Assembly: GCA_046595575.1 (NCBI GenBank)
Contig: JBKJOR010000048.1
Location: 1-36,630, forward strand
DNA: 36,630 bases
Reading direction: 5' to 3'
DNA from: Pyrinomonadaceae bacterium
GTDB lineage: Bacteria > Acidobacteriota > Blastocatellia > Pyrinomonadales > Pyrinomonadaceae
The position numbers and the translations under genes are program-made. Shown here in pieces: positions 33,492-36,630 of this stretch. The number at the start of each line of letters is the position of its first letter. Position 1 is the first letter of the stretch. A model generated the notes under the pieces. The model saw only the letters and a list, made by a program, of their open reading frames with translations, did not search any database and was not told the DNA's origin.

Positions 33492-34514
33492 TTACGAAAC
33501 GTTCACTAGCTTGCTACCGCTAACGACCACACCGATCTCAAAGCATTCGCCAAGACCGGTCCGAAGAGTATCCTTGGCTTCTGCTGCGCAGACGACGATC
33601 ATCCCCACTCCCATATTAAATGTTCGAAACATTTCGTGGTCTGCGACATTACCCAACTTCTGCATCACTCCGAAGATTGGAAGCTCGGGCCATGAACCGC
33701 GATTGATCTCAACCGAAACTCCATCAGGCAAAATGCGCGGGATGTTTTCAAGAAAGCCTCCACCGGTGATGTGCACCAGTCCCTTGATCAACCCGCCATC
33801 AAGCAGCGGTCCGATCGGACCAAGAAAACTCTGATGCGTTTTTAATAACGAGTCTCCAACCGTTTCGCCAAGCTCGTCGAGATGGGTGTCCGTCTTGTAG
33901 CCGCCAACTTCGAAGAATAATTTTCGCGCAAGCGAATATCCGTTCGTCTGCAAACCGTTCGACGGAATCCCTAAAACGACATCGCCGGGAACGATCGACT
34001 TTCCGTCGATAACTTTCGACTTGTCGACAATGCCGACAATAAAGCCTGCTAGGTCGTATTCGCCCGGCGGATAAAAGTCCGGCATCTCCGCAGTCTCGCC
34101 ACCCAGTAATACGCATCCGTTCTCTTTGCACGCGACAGCCATTCCTTCGACGACCGACGCCGTCACATCCGGCTCGAGTTTTCCTGTAGCAAAGTAATCG
34201 AGAAAGAACAGCGGCCGAGCACCCTGAACGAGAATGTCGTTGACGCAGTGATTCACTAGATCTGCGCCGACGGTATTGTGAATCCCGGTCTCGAAAGCGA
34301 GCTTTAATTTAGTACCGACGCCGTCCGCCGACGCGACGAGTATCGGATCGCGCATATCCGGAAACGCGGCCGAGAACATTCCGCCAAAGCTACCGATCTC
34401 GGTAAGCGTCCGCTCGTTAAATGTGCTACGGGCTAACTCGCGTATCTTTGTGACCGCACGATTCGCATTGTCGATCGACACACCTGCGTCGGCGTATGAA
34501 ATGGGTTTGGACAT
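33492..34514 (-). CDS. purM: Phosphoribosylformylglycinamidine cyclo-ligase (AIR synthetase) PurM
   Basis: SYADAGVSID, FGGMF, VASADGVGTKLK, DLVNHCVNDILVQGA, LLGGETAEMP. ATG at 34514. Confidence 0.95.
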   Translation of the reverse strand: MSKPISYADAGVSIDNANRAVTKIRELARSTFNERTLTEIGSFGGMFSAAFPDMRDPILVASADGVGTKLKLAFETGIHNTVGADLVNHCVNDILVQGARPLFFLDYFATGKLEPDVTASVVEGMAVACKENGCVLLGGETAEMPDFYPPGEYDLAGFIVGIVDKSKVIDGKSIVPGDVVLGIPSNGLQTNGYSLARKLFFEVGGYKTDTHLDELGETVGDSLLKTHQSFLGPIGPLLDGGLIKGLVHITGGGFLENIPRILPDGVSVEINRGSWPELPIFGVMQKLGNVADHEMFRTFNMGVGMIVVCAAEAKDTLRTGLGECFEIGVVVSGSKLVNVS

Positions 34515-34518
34515 ATGA

Positions 34519-35277
34519 TCAAGCGTGGATAGCAATACCGAACTCGCGGGAAAGTAGATCGTAAAACTCTTCTTCCGAGTTTACCGGCCTCTCATTCTTC
34601 TCACCATTCGACGTAACAATAAAACTCTTTTCCGTAAGCGTCTTCCGACCCGTTTCGGTCATGAGCGCACACAGCTTGCCTTTAGTGAAATGCGACTCGG
34701 ATGAAAACTGCTGAAAATCGCACATCTCCGAAAACTCGTCTAGTTGACGGGATCTTTTCTGAAAGATGTATTCGCTTCGCCACACATCTGCTTCCTGTTT
34801 TAAAACTTCGTAATGATCGTCCTCGCGACGTCGGATCATAAAACTACCGGACGGATCAAGCTGCTCCGCATCCGGAATGATCTGAAGTGCCTCGGAAGTG
34901 AACGCGCCAAAACCGACATCACTGAGATATTCGTCGGCGCCTATCTTTACAATTATTGCGGCGTGATCGAATTCAGGTCCGTGACTTTTCCCGTTAAATA
35001 CTCTCGCCGAAATTACCCGTGTATCGAATCCAAGGGCAGCCAAGAGTTCGTTGAACAAGAAGTTCAACTCGTAGCAGAATCCGCCGCGCCCTTCCGCCAC
35101 GATCTTCTTGTAAAATTTTTCGATGTCGAGAACGATGGGGCGTTTCCAGTGTATGTCGAGATTCTCGAACGGAACCGCGAGAAGGTGTGACCGCTGCAGT
35201 CGCTGCAGCGTCGGATGATCCGTGCTGACTACCTCGTCGCCAAACCCAATTCTCGCTAGATAGTCCTTCACGTTCAT
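34519..35277 (-). CDS. Arylamine N-acetyltransferase (NAT family)
   Basis: YLARIGF, VPFENLDIH, catalytic-Cys block RGGFCYELN, and downstream FDHAAIIV. Confidence 0.85.
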   Translation of the reverse strand: MNVKDYLARIGFGDEVVSTDHPTLQRLQRSHLLAVPFENLDIHWKRPIVLDIEKFYKKIVAEGRGGFCYELNFLFNELLAALGFDTRVISARVFNGKSHGPEFDHAAIIVKIGADEYLSDVGFGAFTSEALQIIPDAEQLDPSGSFMIRRREDDHYEVLKQEADVWRSEYIFQKRSRQLDEFSEMCDFQQFSSESHFTKGKLCALMTETGRKTLTEKSFIVTSNGEKNERPVNSEEEFYDLLSREFGIAIHA

Positions 35278-35344
35278 GGTCGCACTGACTAAATCATAGG
35301 AAGACGGACCGCTATGTCCATCGTGTCCCGAAATGGGAAATCAA

Positions 35345-35373
35345 ATTATAGTCACAGGGGCGAGCGTTGACTA
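35345..35373 (-). promoter_or_regulatory. Candidate sigma-70 promoter for the NAT-purM transcription unit
   Basis: On the minus strand: TAGTCA (35368-35373), 17-nt spacer, perfect TATAAT (35345-35350), about 65 nt upstream of the ATG at 35277. Confidence 0.35.
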
Positions 35374-35484
35374 TTCGCCGATCTCACGATTAGCATTTTT
35401 CCGGACCTGGCAAAACCATTTCTGCTCGGGTCCCGGTCAGATTAGTTCTTTCGGCAAAACGAGAGTTTATCGTACATTCTACTT

Positions 35485-35868
35485 ATGAGTTTTACATTGC
35501 ATGACCTCGGCTCGGACGGCCTTCAATTAAACGCGAATGTTTGGACCTGGAAAGCAGCGCTCGAAATCGTAAAAAATCTGGACATTGTGAGCGAAGGAAA
35601 GATCCGGCAGATGGGCTACAGCGGCACGGGTGTGAAGGTTGATACGGAGGATGCTCATGCCATCGGCCGGGCGATCCGCGACTCCGTGCTTCCCAAGACA
35701 CCGGCCAACGGCCGAATGTTTGCCGACCTGCGGGTGACCGACGAACCTGATGACATGACGCTTCATCGCGACGATGTCGATCAATGGAAGAATTACAGCG
35801 CGACGCGCGAATGGCTCGAGGAATTCTCCGATTTCTGTATGCAGTCGAATGGCTTTCAGATCTTTTGA
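35485..35868 (+). CDS. Hypothetical cytoplasmic protein, no family recognised
   Basis: 127-aa ORF with ordinary composition and no TM or signal peptide. Possible upstream TTGACT (35367-35372), 18-nt spacer, TAGCAT (35391-35396). Confidence 0.5.
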   Translation: MSFTLHDLGSDGLQLNANVWTWKAALEIVKNLDIVSEGKIRQMGYSGTGVKVDTEDAHAIGRAIRDSVLPKTPANGRMFADLRVTDEPDDMTLHRDDVDQWKNYSATREWLEEFSDFCMQSNGFQIF

Positions 35869-35906
35869 AGTAGCTGCAAGCCGGTGTATCCGGGGTGGGT
35901 CGCTTA

Positions 35907-36630
35907 ATGGAATTTTTTAACGACATCTCAAACGCGGTCTCTCCTCTCCTCAAGAACATCTGGGTTCAGATCACCTTGCTCATCCTTTTCGCCACCGCAC
36001 ATGGCTATGCAGGTGCATGGCTCGCGGTACGCATGCTGTTCCGTCCGCGAAAACCATTTAAGGTTTTGGGCGTCACACTTTTCCCGCAAGGGATGATCCC
36101 GCGTCACCGCGATCGTCTTGCGGGTGCCATTGGCAAAGCGGTCGGCGAAGAACTCGTGTCGCAAGAGACGATCATGGAAGAGCTCCTTGGGAAAGATTTT
36201 CTCCGACGAAAGATAGGCGGTGTAATCGACTCCTACACACAGGACATTATCTCTCAGACCTATCCATCGCTGATCGAGACGCTGCCTACGAACCTCCGGG
36301 CTCCCGTCCTCGAAGCGATCGCATCACTGCAGTTTCGTGTCGCCGAGCATATCGAGGAGGTCTTGAAAAGCGAGGAGTCACTCGCGACTATAAGTAGCTT
36401 TGTCGAGCGGCGTGTCGACGAAGTACTGTCTCGCAGAGTCTCTTCGGTCGTAGACGACGAAACGTTCGATAAGATCGTGGCATTTCTCGACGAACGGGTG
36501 CGCTCGGCCGTACACTCGCCGGCACTCGAAGAGAAAGTGCGCGGTTTTATAGGTAGCCGTCTCGACGACTTAACAAACGCGCCCACGCCGCTAGGAGAGT
36601 TGTTTACACCGGACGCCGTGTTGCTACTCA
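35907..36630 (+). CDS. DUF445-family membrane-associated protein, 3' end outside window
   Basis: Hand translation gives MEFFNDISNAVSPLLKNIWVQITLLILFATAHGYAGAWLAVRMLFRPRKPFKVLGVTLFPQGMIPRHRDRLAGAIGKAVGEELV. The frame is open to the window end and is absent from the ORF track because no stop is reached. Confidence 0.7.
   Translation, partial: MEFFNDISNAVSPLLKNIWVQITLLILFATAHGYAGAWLAVRMLFRPRKPFKVLGVTLFPQGMIPRHRDRLAGAIGKAVGEELVSQETIMEELLGKDFLRRKIGGVIDSYTQDIISQTYPSLIETLPTNLRAPVLEAIASLQFRVAEHIEEVLKSEESLATISSFVERRVDEVLSRRVSSVVDDETFDKIVAFLDERVRSAVHSPALEEKVRGFIGSRLDDLTNAPTPLGELFTPDAVLLL

Noticed and set aside
35278-35484. A purine-pathway riboswitch (ZTP/pfl or purine type) upstream of the NAT-purM unit.
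   Set aside because: The reverse-complement leader shows none of the conserved ZTP or purine-riboswitch core sequences that I could match by eye. Only promoter-like hexamers were found.

Overview
This 36.6-kb window is mostly chromosomal core. The GWxTD-domain protein and the style of the intergenic repeats suggest Acidobacteriota, which is an inference. A long minus-strand block (17.7-28.6 kb) is the classic origin-proximal set: rpmH-rnpA-yidD-yidC-jag-mnmE-mnmG-parA-parB, then selD and tatB/tatC. No dnaA and no convincing DnaA boxes are present. The left end carries an acyl-CoA ligase (5' partial), a divergent Wza-like exporter and CapD-type dehydratase pair, a class I aminotransferase and a two-PDZ secreted protein. 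The right end carries an S9 peptidase, purN and purM, an arylamine N-acetyltransferase, an orphan ORF and a DUF445 protein (3' partial). purN and purM are separated by a yefM-yoeB toxin-antitoxin module and a small ORF broken at a homopolymer tract. The most interesting region is a seven-gene, same-strand cluster at 7.2-14.8 kb. It encodes SAM decarboxylase, a large Zn-ribbon/DUF4178 membrane protein, a mini-TM protein, DUF350, a polytopic-membrane-fused spermidine-synthase-like enzyme, a Tat-signal flavin amine-oxidase-like protein and a His-motif polytopic membrane protein. I read it as a membrane-anchored aminopropyl-transfer system of unknown product. Other points missed by the ORF track: selD has an in-frame UGA (selenocysteine) with a downstream hairpin; rpmH (48 aa) lies wholly inside the only available rnpA reading frame; a frameshifted four-helix-bundle (23S IVS-type) cassette with inverted repeats fills one operon junction exactly; a 263-bp foldback consists of two inverted units whose hairpins covary; several long perfect or near-perfect hairpin repeats are present. 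No rRNA, tRNA or CRISPR array was seen.
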